This document shows, piece by piece, positions 25,452 through 37,974 of a stretch of DNA of 64,000 nt. The stretch spans positions 1 to 64,000 of the forward strand of contig CAUYUJ010000169.1 of the NCBI GenBank assembly GCA_963575745.1, written 5' to 3'. A program made the position numbers and the translations under genes. This DNA comes from Prorocentrum cordatum (Eukaryota). A model generated the notes under the pieces. The model searched no databases. It was given only the letters and a program-made list of their open reading frames with translations, and had not been told where the DNA came from. The first letter of the stretch is position 1. The number at the start of each line of letters is the position of its first letter.

Positions 25452-26404
25452 ATCGTCGTGGTCGATGACGATGACGATGGCGATGATGATGACGATGACG
25501 ATGGCGACGACGCTGGTGCTGACGATGACGATGGTGCTGATGATGATGATGGTGATGATGAAAGGGATGATGATAATGAAAGGGATGATGATGATGATGA
25601 GTATGAGTATGATGATGATGATGATGATGATGTTGATGGTGAGGACGATGATGATTGGTGATTGATGATGTTGATGCTGATGACGGTGATGTTGATGGTA
25701 ATGATGATGACGGTGGTGGTGGTGGTGGACGTCGTGGTGGTCGTCGTGGTGATGGTGGCGGTGGTGGTGATGGTGATGATGAGATGGTGGTGGTGACGAC
25801 GATGATGATGGTGATGCTAATGATGAGGCTGATGGTGATGTTGATGATAATAAGGTTGATGGTGATGATGATGATGGTGGTGGGTATGATGATTGTGGTG
25901 TTGATGACGATGATGATGGAGGTGATTATGATGTTGATTGTGATTATGATGGTGATGAGGATGACGGTGATGATGGTGATGGTGATGGTGATGGTGATGG
26001 TAATGATTAAGATGATGATGATGGTGATGATGATGGCCGTGATGATGGTGATGGTGATGATGATGATGATGGTGGTGGTGGTGATGATGATTTGTTGGTG
26101 GCGCTGGTGATGACGGTGATGATGATGATTATGGTGATGCTGATGATGGTGATGCTGACGATGCTGATGACGATAGTGATGGTCAAGGTCATGGTGATGA
26201 TGATGATGATGCTGATGATGATGATGCTGCTGAAGATGATGATAATGATGGCATGGGGATGGAGATGGGGATGGGAATGTGGACGGAGATGATGGTGATG
26301 ACTATGATAGCGTTAATACTGATAATAATGATGATGGGGATGGTGGTGCTGCTGATGATGAAGATGCTGATGATGATGGGGATGATGATAATGATGACGA
26401 TTAC

Positions 26405-26450
<46 letters not shown>

Positions 26451-26690
26451 GCTGTGATGGTGATGGTGATGGTGGTGATGATAATATGGTGGTGGTGATG
26501 CTGATGATGATGGTGATGCTGATGATAATAAGGCTGATGGTGATGATGCTGATGGTGGTGGGGATGATGATTGTGGTGGTGGTGATGATGGCGGTGATGG
26601 TCATGGTCATGGTCATGGTGATGGTCATGGTGATGGTGATGGTGGTGGTGATGACGGTGATGGTGATGGCGACGATTAAGATAATGATGG
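25389..26690. repeat. Long degenerate (GAC)n/(GAT)n/(GGT)n microsatellite
   Basis: Visible trinucleotide tract. Confidence 0.95.
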
Positions 26691-29600
26691 AGGCGGGGAC
26701 CGAAGTACGCCGCCCCCCTCGGACCCAGCCCGATGGGAGCGGGGTCGGGCCGCCCGAGCCTGCCACGGAAGGAGGAGGGAGCTCTGACCCAGGCCTTCCC
26801 CGCGCCGTGGGAGAGGGCACGGTGGCAGCTGCCTGCTCGTCACGCGCTGCTCCTCGGAGCCCCTCACGCGACTCCGGGACCGTGAAGAGAGTGCTTCCTT
26901 CCCTCCGGGCCATAACGAGCGTTATGCGTTACTCTTTCCCCCTCCCCCACCCCCGTGCCCCCCCCCCCCCCACACGTGACAGAACGCTCCTTCCCCAGTG
27001 CGTCCCCAGCACCTCCGCAGTGCGTCCGGCTCCACGGTCTGTGGTGTCGACACACACGGCGGGCGAGAGGGGGGCGTTACGTTAATTATGCCTGCCCCCC
27101 CCCCTTCCCCATAACGTCCGTTACAGCCGCGAATCACCAAACGCTCTCAAGGAAACGATCCAGGCCGAGAAGCCCGTCCCAGCGAAGTGGACGAGACTTC
27201 CTTGGGGTCGACGCTGCGAGAAAGACATGGCATCGGAGGTCGCGTCCTGAGGGAAGGGAGGCTTTTTTTGTCGAATGTTCTCTTTGGGTCTTTGGGCGTT
27301 TCTGAAGGTTCTAGTCGACTCGGCTGGACGTGGCTCGAGAAACTGGCAAAGACGGACCGCGGCAGTAGTCCGTGACCGGTTTGGGGCGGGCGTTGCAGCG
27401 GGCGCCGTGAAGAAAGGCAGGGTGAGAGACGAAGAGAAATAGGCAGAGCGGGATGAACGATAGCTTGGGAGCCTCTGGCATAACCCCACCACGTCGCGAT
27501 CGATGTCATTTTGGGGATGGCGTTCCGTGAAGAAAGGAAGCGGGTGAGAGGGTGCGCGGAACGAGACAGAAGACAAAGGACAGAAGCCCGAGGATGTCAA
27601 GAGCAAGAGGGGCGGTGGAAACATGCGCAACACATCGCATGGTGGGGATATCACCGAGATGGCCCGAAACAAAGTCAAGCCAGCGCTAGGGAGCGCCAAA
27701 ACTAAGACGCATCACAAGATTGTCCCAACGCCCGATTACCTACAGCGCCTTCGGCATCGATGAGAACCTGATCGTGCGCCTCGCGCGCGCGTGGTTCTGG
27801 CGCAGTCTGTCCGATGAGACGAATGTGGCGAAAGCTATTTGGTGCAATACGCATGGTGCATTTTCTGGTGCAGCATGTGGGGCGCAGTTCACGCTGCTGA
27901 CATCCGCGCGTGACCACCTCCAACGCTCATGCAAACGTCCCACAAGACCTCAACTGAGGAGGATGGGGAGGAGAAGGAGGGGGAGAAGGGGGAGGAGGGG
28001 GAGGAGCAGGAGGGGGAGCAGGGGGTGGAGGAGGAGGAGGAGGAGGAGGAGGAGGAGGAGGCGGCAAAACCCAACTGGCGTGATGGCGCCAGGACCCTTC
28101 TCGTGCAGAAACCCACGGCTCGGGCGGGCGAGGGTGTTGATGATTAGTGGTGGTGGTGGTGGCGTCGACGACGCGGGCGACGACAACGACGATGACAACG
28201 GTGATGTTGATGACGACGGTGGGGATGGTGACGACGACGATGGTGATAATCACCGACGATGATCACCGACAATGGTGACAACGACGACGATGACAACATC
28301 ACCGACAATGGTAACAATGTCACCGACAATGGTGACATCGTCAACACCGTCGACGACGGCTACGACGACAACATCACCGACGATGGTGACGACGACGATG
28401 GCGGTGGTACAGTAGCGAAGGTGATGGTGATAATGGCGGCGATGTTGACGCTGGGGGTGACGGTGACGATGGTGCCGAGGGCGACAGCAAAGGAGATGAC
28501 GACGATGATGTTGACGACGACGGTGGAGATGATGACGACGACAGCGACGGTGTTGATAATGCAGATGATGGTGATACCGGTGGCAATGACAGCGCTGACG
28601 ATGATGGTCATGATGATGTTTGTGGGAATTAGAAGGACGCTGCGCGCGCAGTTATTCCAACCACTCCATTGGTCGTCCATGTGTTTGAGCGCCTCTTGTT
28701 TGAGGTGCTCAGCAGAAGAATAAAAAGGTGCTGGCAGGATTTCGACGTGCGCGCGCGGAGACGCGCGCCAGTGGCCCGCACTGTACTTGTTGACAGAGCT
28801 GGCGGGCGCGCGGTAGTTGTTCAACCTGCTCGCGCGTACGGCCCGCCTGGTCTCTCTCGGCAGAATTCACCATCTACCAAGCCACCCCAACTCAACCCGA
28901 AGGCCTCAATTTGCCCTCCATTTCCAGTGGGGGGCTGGGTGGGGAACATAGATAGAACACGTATGGAACCCGTACCGCCCCCCCCAACCCGAAATTCGGG
29001 TCTTCGGGTTTGGTTGGGGTGGTCTGGTAGGTAGTCAAGATGGTGGTGCATACAGAAAAGTATGGGACACACTTGTTATTCCAGCGAGCGCGCGCACAGA
29101 CATCTTGCGCTTGCGTCGGAAAACACAAGGGATACTTCAGTTTGTCTGCGTCTAGAGGGAAAAGGAGAGAGATCATAAAAAAACACACACACACACACAC
29201 AAGAAAAACACAAACCTCAAATGTCTTGTTGTCGAAAGTCAGTTTCGACAGATTTGAGTTGCGCACGGGGGGGCGCGCGCATGCGGCCTTCATCATCGAA
29301 TGGGCCTCTGTGGGGTGCTCCTGAGGCCTCTTTGGGGCCTCTTGGGGGCCTCTTGGGGCCTCCTGCTGGGGGGGGCTCTTGGGGCGGAAGGCTCGGATTG
29401 TCGGTTCGTGTTCTCTCTTTTGGCCCCTTTTGGGGGCCATCGTGGGACCCTCTTCGGCCGTTTTCGGGCGCCTCTTGAGCCCTCTTGGGTTGTGTTGGAG
29501 GCCTCTTGGGTCGTCATCGGGCGGCCTTGGGGGCCTCTAGGGCCGCCTGGGAGCGTCGGGAAGCCGAAAAGGCGAGAACGCCCAAAACCAATGATGTTGG

Positions 29601-30759
29601 CCTCTTGGGGCCCCCGTGGGAGGCCTCTTGGAGGCCTCTTTGGGCGTCTTGGAGGCCTCTTGGGCCGCCTGGTGGCCATATTGGGCGTCGTGGGTGGATC
29701 TCTGGGCGTCTCGGGGCCCTCTTGGGCCGTCTTGGGGGCCATTGGGGACCCTCTTGGGCCCGAACAGGTCACGCGGGGACACTCGGCAAGGCCCAGGGGA
29801 ACACCGCGGCCTTCATTACGTACACGAGTCGATGCGGGATCTGGCAAAACGCACTTGCTATGCCAGCGCATGTGCCCCGCATTGCCTTGCATGACGGAGA
29901 TGGTGTGGGGGCGATGCCGCATCAGTTGGAATTGTGTAGCTTTTGATATCTTAATGAGCGGTTGTGCAGAAGAGGTATTGAAAGAAACGCGGGGGGGAGG
30001 GGATACATCCAGCCTCGGCATTGGGGGTAGAGTATCTACTGGACGCAAGTCATGTGGGGGGGGGCAAGGTACATGGTGCAAGCTATGTCCCGCAATCCAC
30101 GGGATGAAGGCTGTGATGTACAATCTCTGGTGCAAGCCATGCGGTGCAATCGATGCGTGCATCCCGAATCGCCAGCCAGCGCACAAGGCACAACATTCTC
30201 CCTAGTAGCGTTTCGCAAGAGGGCTCTCACATCAAAAAATAGTCCCACAGGGGGAACGGGGATCCAGGGACCGCCCTCCTTGATCGTCTGGTCCGGCAGC
30301 CGTTTTGTTTGAGATTTCCTCATATCCCTAAGGACCGCCCTCTGCCGCCGGCCCCCTCGCTATCAGAATGGGACATATCAGAGCTATGTTGGAGTGTCTG
30401 GGCGCCGCGTTGAAGACATCTGCGAGCATCATGCGAGGACAGATGAGAATCATCAAAACATATTAACATCTCGGGGTTAGTATTCAACGCGATGTTGCCT
30501 AACTGGGGCGCCCCCCTCGTGCTATGCATGAGAAGCCCCCTCGGTACACTTGCCGGTTGCATGAGGTCATCTTGAACCGAATCGCGTTGTTGGAGCGGCC
30601 TCCTGTTTCCTTGCATCCATCGCTATGTTCGAGGATTCGCGGCTGCGGGTACACCGCCGAATGTTCAAGAAACTGCAGGGGGGGCTGCAAAAGCGACCAC
30701 CGAACACATGTCCCAGTACAGAAAACTTCTGTTGTTCTGCTGTGGAGAGGGGGTGGCGC

Positions 30760-31890
30760 GTTTGGGCAGCCTCAGCGAGGTTGTTTCGTGGCTTTGGGGC
30801 GCGAGCGTGGCACATTTTTCTTGGCGTGGTGGCCTGGGAGGCGCGAACGTGGCGCATTTTACAAGGAATCGTGGCCTCGAGGGCGCGAGCGCAAAGTATT
30901 TTCGTGACCTTTGGGACGCAAACATGGTAATTGTGCAAAAGATCGTGGCTTCGGGGGCGCAAACGCGGTATGTTACGAGGGATCGTGGCTTCTCGGACGC
31001 GAAAGCGATGCATTTTGCAAGGGATCGCGGCCTCGGATGCGCGAATGTGGCGCCTTGTGCAGGGATCGTGGCCTCTGGGGCTGAATCCTTATACATTTTA
31101 CGAATGATCGTGGCCTCGAGGTCACGAACGCGCTGTAGTTTTGCTAGGGATCGTGGCTTCGGGGGCGCGAATGCGGCGCATCTTGCAAGGGATCGTGGCC
31201 TCGGATGCGCGAATGCAGCGTATTGTGCAAGGGATTGTTGCCTCGGGGACGCGATTGTGGTGTAATTTACACGGGCTAGTGGCCAGGGGGTTGCAAACGT
31301 GGTGCAATTTAAAAGAGCTCGTGGTGTAATTTAAAAAGGGGGCGGGCACGTGGCCTAATTTAATGTCTGGGGGATCCTGGCGCAAATTACGAGGGATCTT
31401 GGCCTCGGGGACGCGAGTTTGAATAATTTGCAAGGATTATTGTCACGGGAAAGGATTCTGGCTTCGGGGACGCGAGCATTGTATGAGAGCGTTGCCTCGG
31501 GGACGCGAACGTTGTTTAATTTACAAAGGAGTGTTGCCTCGGTGGTGGGAACGTGGCGTCATTCATAAGGGATCGTGGCCTCGGGAGCGCGAATGTGGGG
31601 TGAATCTACCCGGGGATATGGCCTCGGGGACGCGAGTTTAGCGTAATTCAACAGGGTTTATGACCTCAGGGACGCGAGTCTGTATTTTTCGGAAGGAGTG
31701 GCCCCGGAGGACGCGAACGTCGCATATCCTACCAAGATGTATTGTTTCGCGGGCGCGAATATTGTGTAAATTGCCAGGGATCGTGGCCTCGGGGGCGCAG
31801 ATACCATGTAATTTAAACAGGATTATGGCCTCGAGGACCCGAATCTGTTGTGATTAATTCGGGCTTGTGGCTTCAGTGAAGTGACGCGAG
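30760..31890. repeat. Degenerate ~41-42-bp minisatellite (AGGGATCGTGGCCTCGGGGACGCGAA core)
   Basis: Core recurs at about 30979, 31020, 31061 and onward. Confidence 0.85.
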
Positions 31891-32739
31891 CTTCTCTTAG
31901 GTGAAATGGCGCCAGGGGAGCGACTGTCGGGTATTGTCGCGCGTCCCGCGGCCCCGCAGGAGTTCCGAGCACGCGGCCCGGGCGTGGCAGCAGGGCCCTC
32001 TGTCGCCCCCCCTCCCCGCGCGGACTTCAGCAATCAACAGTGCCGTTTTTAGTACATGCTCCGCGTGCGGATCATGTATTAGAAATGCAGGGATTTAGAA
32101 TTAAAAACAACGATGAATTCATGCATAAATTCATTCATAGTACATGAATCATGTGTTAAAATCATAGATGTAAAGAATCAGATGTATCAAAAACTGCCCT
32201 GTGCAAGAGCAAGCCGAACGTAGGACTTTCACATGGGAGGCCTGAGACAGGAGCCGGAGCACGGAGCAGCAGGCCCGACCCGCGCAGCCTGGTGGCCCCA
32301 CGAGGGGGGGCCGGCGGATGTGCCAAGGAGTCGTGCCCTCGGCCCATATGCCAGCTGCATGTTGGATCGGGACGGCCACGATCCCGCGTGAAGAAACAGC
32401 CTGGGGTGCACATGGCCGTGTTCTCACCCTTGTCCTGGCTGCCCCTTCCCATTGGAATCCCTTGAAGCACTTCTCGCTGGCCGACCTCCTCCTCGACCCG
32501 CGTCCGCACTTCAGGCTGCTGTCAGGGTGCTCTGCTAGGGTAATCTGCTGTCTGAAGAAGTGAACGACTCAGGAAAACGGCGTCGCGCTCACAGACATTG
32601 GCGCGTAAGTTGTTTGGGTAAGGCCGCGCGCAAGTGCCTTGGTTTCCAGTGTAGCGTGCTGCGCCGGCGGCCGGCGTAAGCCACCGCACAAGGTCGCCGT
32701 GTCGTCTCGCGTGATATCCGTTTCCATTCGTCGCCCACG

Positions 32740-32935
32740 CTCGGCGGCGAACCAGGGGGGAAACGAGAAAGGCCTTCTCAGCAGGCTCGAAAGGCCCTCC
32801 GATTTTCGAGAAGTGTTGTCAGCCTTCCCCGAAGACATGGAAGACTTCTCAGAAGGCGCGAGGATTTCTGAGAAGTCCCGCCGCCTTCTGAGCAGGCCAT
32901 CTCCTTCTCACTTCCGCCCCTCGCTCGCCGCCGAG
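32740..32935. mobile_element. Foldback family F (AAGGCCTTCTCAG ... CTGAG.AGGCC)
   Basis: Inverted arms CTCGGCGGCGA ... TCGCCGCCGAG; second copy 34704-34902. Confidence 0.75.
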
Positions 32936-33479
32936 TGGCCGACCTCCTCCTCCTCCTCCTCCTCCTCCTCCTCCTCGCTCGCTCGTCGCCGCCAAAGTGC
33001 TTGCTTTCGCTTCCTTCTGCTTGACTTGAGACGCTTGCCTCCCAGATGTGTCTGCCGGCGCGACGGGCCCCCGCCCGGGCGTTCTCTCGGCCGGCGGCGG
33101 CTCGGCCGCGGGCGCAGGCCAGGGCCGCATGGCGGCGGCGGCGGCCCGCCCGCTGCTGGCTCGCCCGTGGGTCTGCTTCTCCATCGCCCTCCTCCTCCCT
33201 CCTCCTCATCCTCCCTCCCTCCCTCCTCCCTCCTCCTCCCCCTCCCTCCCTCCTCCTCCTGCTCCTGCTCCTCCTCCTCCTCCTTCTCCTCCTCCTCCTC
33301 CTCCTCCTCCTCCTCCTCCTCCTCCCTCTCCCTCTCCTCCTCCTCCTCCTCTCCTCCTCCTCCTCCCCTCCTCTCTCCCCCTCCTCCCTCCTCCTCCTCC
33401 TCCTCCTCCTCCTCCTCCTCCTCCTCCTCCTCCTCCTCCTCCTCCTCCTCCTCCTCCTCCTCCTCCTCCTCCTCTCCCG

Positions 33480-33525
33480 GTTTACATCCACAACCCGTCC
33501 GACTTGACGCACGTCCGCTGGCGAG
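33480..33525 (+). CDS. Candidate exon (VYIHNPSDLTHVRWR)
   Basis: GAG|GC donor in phase 1 joins 35031 to give RWRAWPRIPSW; acceptor reads CCCG|G rather than CAG|G. Confidence 0.5.
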
Positions 33526-34192
33526 GCTCGGGGTCCCAGACCTCCAGTGTCACGAAGAGATCTGAGCTTTCATGTTTTCTGTGTCTCTGGGAGGGTCCTC
33601 GCCGTCGCGGCTGGATTCGCCTTGGACCTCTGGTCAAAATGCGCTCCAGAAGGGGCCGGGGGCGCAGTTTGAGCGGCAGCGGATGGGTCGACCCAGGCCG
33701 TTGAATCGAGGATCGAGGTTCTGGGATGTTTTTCAGCTTCTGGGGGCCCCCCAGAGCGCCCTCGGTGGCCACGGCTGGTTCCGCCTCGAAATGCTGGCAA
33801 GGGGGCACCCCGCGACGGGTCTCTGGGGGTCGACTTGAGTCGCGCTCGCGCCACGAAGCAGAAGTCTGGGCGGCCAGCTTCTTCTCGGATTGGGCCTCCG
33901 GGGGGGGCGCTGCGGGCCCTGGGGGACCCATCACCAAGAATCCTTGGGATGAAACATGGGTCTCCCGGACGGGGTTGGGGCGTCCAGGGGCCCGCGTCAG
34001 GAAGACCGCATGACGTCGGAGGCCTGCCTCAACGGGCCCTCAGGGCACGGCCAAGGCGCTGAGACAAGGACCTCTCTGGGTTCGGACTGGCTTCGCTGCT
34101 CTCGGGGTCCTTGCGTGGTTGTTCCTCTGGTGCTCCACGTGCACCAGGGCGCTTTTGGGGGGTTACATGGGGGCTTCGTTCCTGTCGTAGCG

Positions 34193-34351
34193 TTGAGTCG
34201 GGCCTGTCCCTCTACAGGAGGAAGATTCAAAAATAGTCAAAAAATGTCTGGGGACGAACTTTCTATGATGTCTTGACAGTTTGGGCGTATGATTTGACTA
34301 TTTGTTACATTTCGTCCAAAATCCCCCTGCAGGGGGACCTGCCCCACCTTA
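34193..34351. mobile_element. MITE family A
   Basis: Flanks TCGTAGCG / GCGTAGCG. Confidence 0.85.
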
Positions 34352-34502
34352 GCGTAGCGTTCCTGAGGATAGCAGTTCGACTGCATAGGCGCGGTCTCGA
34401 GGTCCCTCGCCGAGCCCAGGCCTCACGTCCTGGGCGCGGGCGAGCGGGCCTCGAAACCGCCATGGGATGCCTTGAAGGGGGGGTGGCCTGTTGAGACCAG
34501 CC

Positions 34503-34663
34503 TTAAGTCGGGCCTGTCCCTCTACAGGGGGAATATTCAAAAATAGTCAAAACAAAAACATATGGGGACGATGTTTCGATTAGTGTTGGCTATTTCTGTT
34601 GTTGTTGCGTACTTTTAAATTTTTCCTCCAAAATCCGCCTGTAGGGGGACATGCCCGACCGAA
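34503..34663. mobile_element. MITE family A
   Basis: Flanks GACCAGCC / GTTCAGCC. Confidence 0.85.
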
Positions 34664-34703
34664 GTTCAGCCTGGACCACCTCGGGGGGGTCCAGCCGTGC
34701 GTA

Positions 34704-34902
34704 TCGGCGGCGAGCGAGGGGGGAAATGAGAAGGAGAAGGCCTTCTCAGAAGGCGGCGGGACTTCTCAGAAGCCCCCGAGCCTTCTCATAAGTTTGTGTC
34801 TGCCTTCGGGGAAAGCTCTGAAAGCTTCTAGAAGGCTTGGGGACTTCCGACCCTTCTGAGAAGGCCTTCTCCTTCTCACTTCCCACCCTCGCTCACCGCC
34901 GA
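34704..34902. mobile_element. Foldback family F copy
   Basis: TCGGCGGCGAGCGAGGGGGGAAATGAGAAGGAGAAGGCCTTCTCAGAAGG and its reverse complement at the right end. Confidence 0.85.
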
Positions 34903-35030
34903 AGCTTGGACCACCTCGGGGGAGGGGGGGCCGGTTTACCTTGGGCACCTCCCTTCGGGTTGTGTCGCCCGGGTGTTCTGTCCGGACACCAAGAAAATGG
35001 GAGGGGGGGCCGGCCGTGAGTAGCCCCAAG

Positions 35031-35437
35031 CCTGGCCGCGCATCCCCTCCTGGCTGAGCGAGAAGCAGCGGCTCTACTGCCAGACGCTCTTCGGCAAGGG
35101 CGTCCAGGGCTACCCAGTCCTCATGACCGAGACGCTGCGCGAGATGAGGAACTCGACCCCGCAAGTGGCCTTCGCAGGACGGTCCAACGTCGGTAAGTCC
35201 ACTCTGCTGAATAGTTTGATCCATCGCAGGCCAGACCCATTGCAGGGCCAATTTCTCGGCGAGAGGCGAAAGCTGAAGTCTCCCAAGGCAGCCCCAGTGT
35301 CCGACAAGCCTGGCCGCACCCGACACCTTTTCCGGTTCGAGCTGGGGGGCGAGGTCACTTTCGTGGACCTCCCAGGGTACGGCTACGCGCAGGTGTCCAA
35401 AAAGGTGAAGGAGGGCTGGGCCTCGCTGATCAATGAC
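35031..35437 (+). CDS. engB: EngB/YihA/YsxC-family GTP-binding protein, exon with G1-G3
   Basis: PQVAFAGRSNVGKSTLLNSL (G1), VSDKPGRTR (G2), FVDLPGYGYA (G3), then W..LI: diagnostic YihA pattern. Confidence 0.93.
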
Positions 35438-35531
35438 TCAAGAGGCTTACGCCATCTTCCGCCTGCCCCCTCCCGAAGGGAGAATGAACGAATGTATTGG
35501 TTTACACGTCCCGTATCTCAAAGAAAAAAAT

Positions 35532-35687
35532 CGGCATAAACGTAAACTTTTGGCGCTTCGCGCGGATTTCTTGGATCCGCGCTGGGGCCCCCCGCGCAGC
35601 CCCTGGCGCGCTCCGCGCGCCAGGGAGGAGAGTCCAGCGCGAATCCAAGAAATCCGCGCGGAGCGCCAAAAGTTTATGTTTATGCCG
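35532..35687. mobile_element. Foldback/MITE family C, best copy
   Basis: CGGCATAAACGTAAACTTTTGGCGC ... GCGCCAAAAGTTTATGTTTATGCCG with ~55-bp arms; partial copies at 39965-40090, 42405-42445, 42900-42975. Confidence 0.88.
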
Positions 35688-35923
35688 CTCTTTCTGCTTC
35701 TAGTATCCCAGGCAGCCCATCGACACATCTGGGAGCATTCCTTGGAGGCCTCCGGGAGCCTCAATCGGAGGCCTCGGAGGTCTCCTGGGCGCCGCCCTGC
35801 GCGAAGGCAGCCGGCTGTGATCCCTGTGCCGGGGACGGCTCGTCTGACGTGGACGGACCGTGCGGCCCTCGTGGCTTTGACCCTAAATGCTCACTCTCCG
35901 TAGACGGGCGAGCGGCGATGCAG

Positions 35924-35957
<34 letters not shown>

Positions 35958-37284
35958 AGGGCCTCCTCCTCCTCTTCCTCCTCCTCCTCGAGCGTTGGGG
36001 TACGCTCGAGAAGGAGGAGGAGGAGGAGGAGCAGGAAGAGAAGGAGGAGGAGGAGGAAGAGGAGCAGGAGGAGGAGGAGGAGGAGGAGGAAGGTGACGAC
36101 GATGTAGAGCTTGCGGCAGTGTGGGAGCGCGCGGCTCGCGCTGTCCCTGCGGTTCGCTGTGCCCTGCGCGCTCGAGCCATTCGCAGACTGGAGCTGTAGG
36201 ACAGTGCGGTTCGTGATTTCTTACGACGCGGTGCCCAACATCACCGTCATATCGCAGGGTTAGAGATTGACACCAACACCAATTTCAGCGGTGTGCCTCC
36301 TCCGAGTGAAGAAGATCCCGATCTCGGTGATGGTGGTAATACTCTGGCTTCCAAGGTGACCGAACTAGTACCACCAACACCGGAAATCTAGGATCATCTT
36401 CCCCCTGTGGAGGCAACCCCTTGTGTTGGTGTTGGTGCCAATTTCCAGGCCTCCAATTAGAAGCAGCATCGCCGTTGGAGGCCAGCCTTGGCCTCTGCAG
36501 GCCGGCCGTTCCAAGCAACGTCGCCGTCGCCGCTCGGGGCGTCGGCCCCTCCCAGCCGCCTGCCCGGACGAGGCGGCCCGGTCGCTCGCACGGCGGCGGA
36601 GTGCCGGGTGGTCTCGCTGTGCTGCGAGCAGTGCCCCATTGGCCCAAGGTGCCCCAACGATTTTTCCAAGGAGGCCCCCACGCCCTCGAGAGGGCCCCCT
36701 CGCGAGGCCCAGAGGGCCCCCCAGGGGCACCTTTCCAGCAGCCCACGATTGTGTCTTTTGAGCAGATGAATCAGGAGGGGGAAAACTCACAGACACGAGT
36801 AATCGTCGACTCCCAGGAAAATGTGGGAACATATGGGAAGTGGACGGGAATACGACAGTCTAGAAAATATGGAAAAACATAGGGGAATCCTGGGATGTGT
36901 GTGAATTTATTTGTGTGTGTCCTTGGGCCTCTTGGATAAAGACTCGGGCGTCTTGCTGCTGTGCATCCTGCGTGTGGGCGCGTGTGGCTGGTCGTGGCTG
37001 CCCGCCCCCCATGCCTCGAGCAGGGATCGTACAGAATTAGTGTACCACAGCAGTGATTTTCTCGTCGGGTCTACAACAATGCGCAGGATGCTCGCAGATC
37101 TACCATAACATTCCACGTCGTCTCCATGGGCTCGACGGACAAGTTTGTGTTGGGGTGCATCAATCCTGTAGTCGACCCCTTCCTCGAATGCCTCCCCCTC
37201 CCCTCCCGCCTCTTCTCCCCAGCGGCCAGGGTTGTTCGGATGCAACTCCTGGGAGGTCAAATTCTGTTTTTGCCCTGGTCCGAA

Positions 37285-37370
37285 ATCCGGCTTAATCCAG
37301 GTTAATCCGGTTTAATCCCGCTTAATCCGGCTTAATCCCGCATAATCCCGCGCAATCCGGCTTAATCCGA
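37285..37370. repeat. (CTTAATCCGG)n 10-bp tandem repeat
   Basis: About 8 visible units. Confidence 0.85.
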
Positions 37371-37615
37371 GGCCCACTCCGGCATAACAGCCCCCCAATG
37401 GGGTTTAATCCTTTTATTTTTTCCGACGAAAACCTCCCAGTAGTTGCCTCCTAAGGGTTGCCCTTGATCGTTGTGTCGCGCTCGGCTGCACTTTGCGCCG
37501 GCCGGCCGCTGGTGCTGATCGATGCAATGATCGCTGTTCGCAAGGCCCTCGTCAGGGGAACATAATGACTTAAATGCTCGTTTGGGGGATCTTCCTGGGG
37601 CCCACCTAACGGATC

Positions 37616-37730
37616 GGTTCGACTCTAGTTCGACCCCAGTTCGATTCAAATTCGACTCAAGTTCGATTCAAGTTCGACTCAAGTTCGACTCAGATTCGAC
37701 TCAGGTTCGACCCAAGGTCGGCTCAAATCG
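37616..37730. repeat. (GTTCGACTCAA)n 11-bp tandem repeat
   Basis: About 9 visible units. Confidence 0.85.
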
Positions 37731-37974
37731 ACAGACGTTCGCCGCAGCTTCGACGCACAAGTGGAGCGAGTGTCTCCAGGAAGGTCCCCAGAATGCGCAT
37801 CCAGAACGACATAAACACAACAATTCGGCGGTACGCGCAGGTGATCATTGTCTTATACATATAACGGCGCACCGGGTCCGGGGGCCCGGGGCCGGGACCC
37901 CGACCGCAAATGTGCACCCCGGGGGGCCCGGAGGCTCGTCGGGGCTTGCCGGAGGCCTCCCCAGTCAGACAAGA

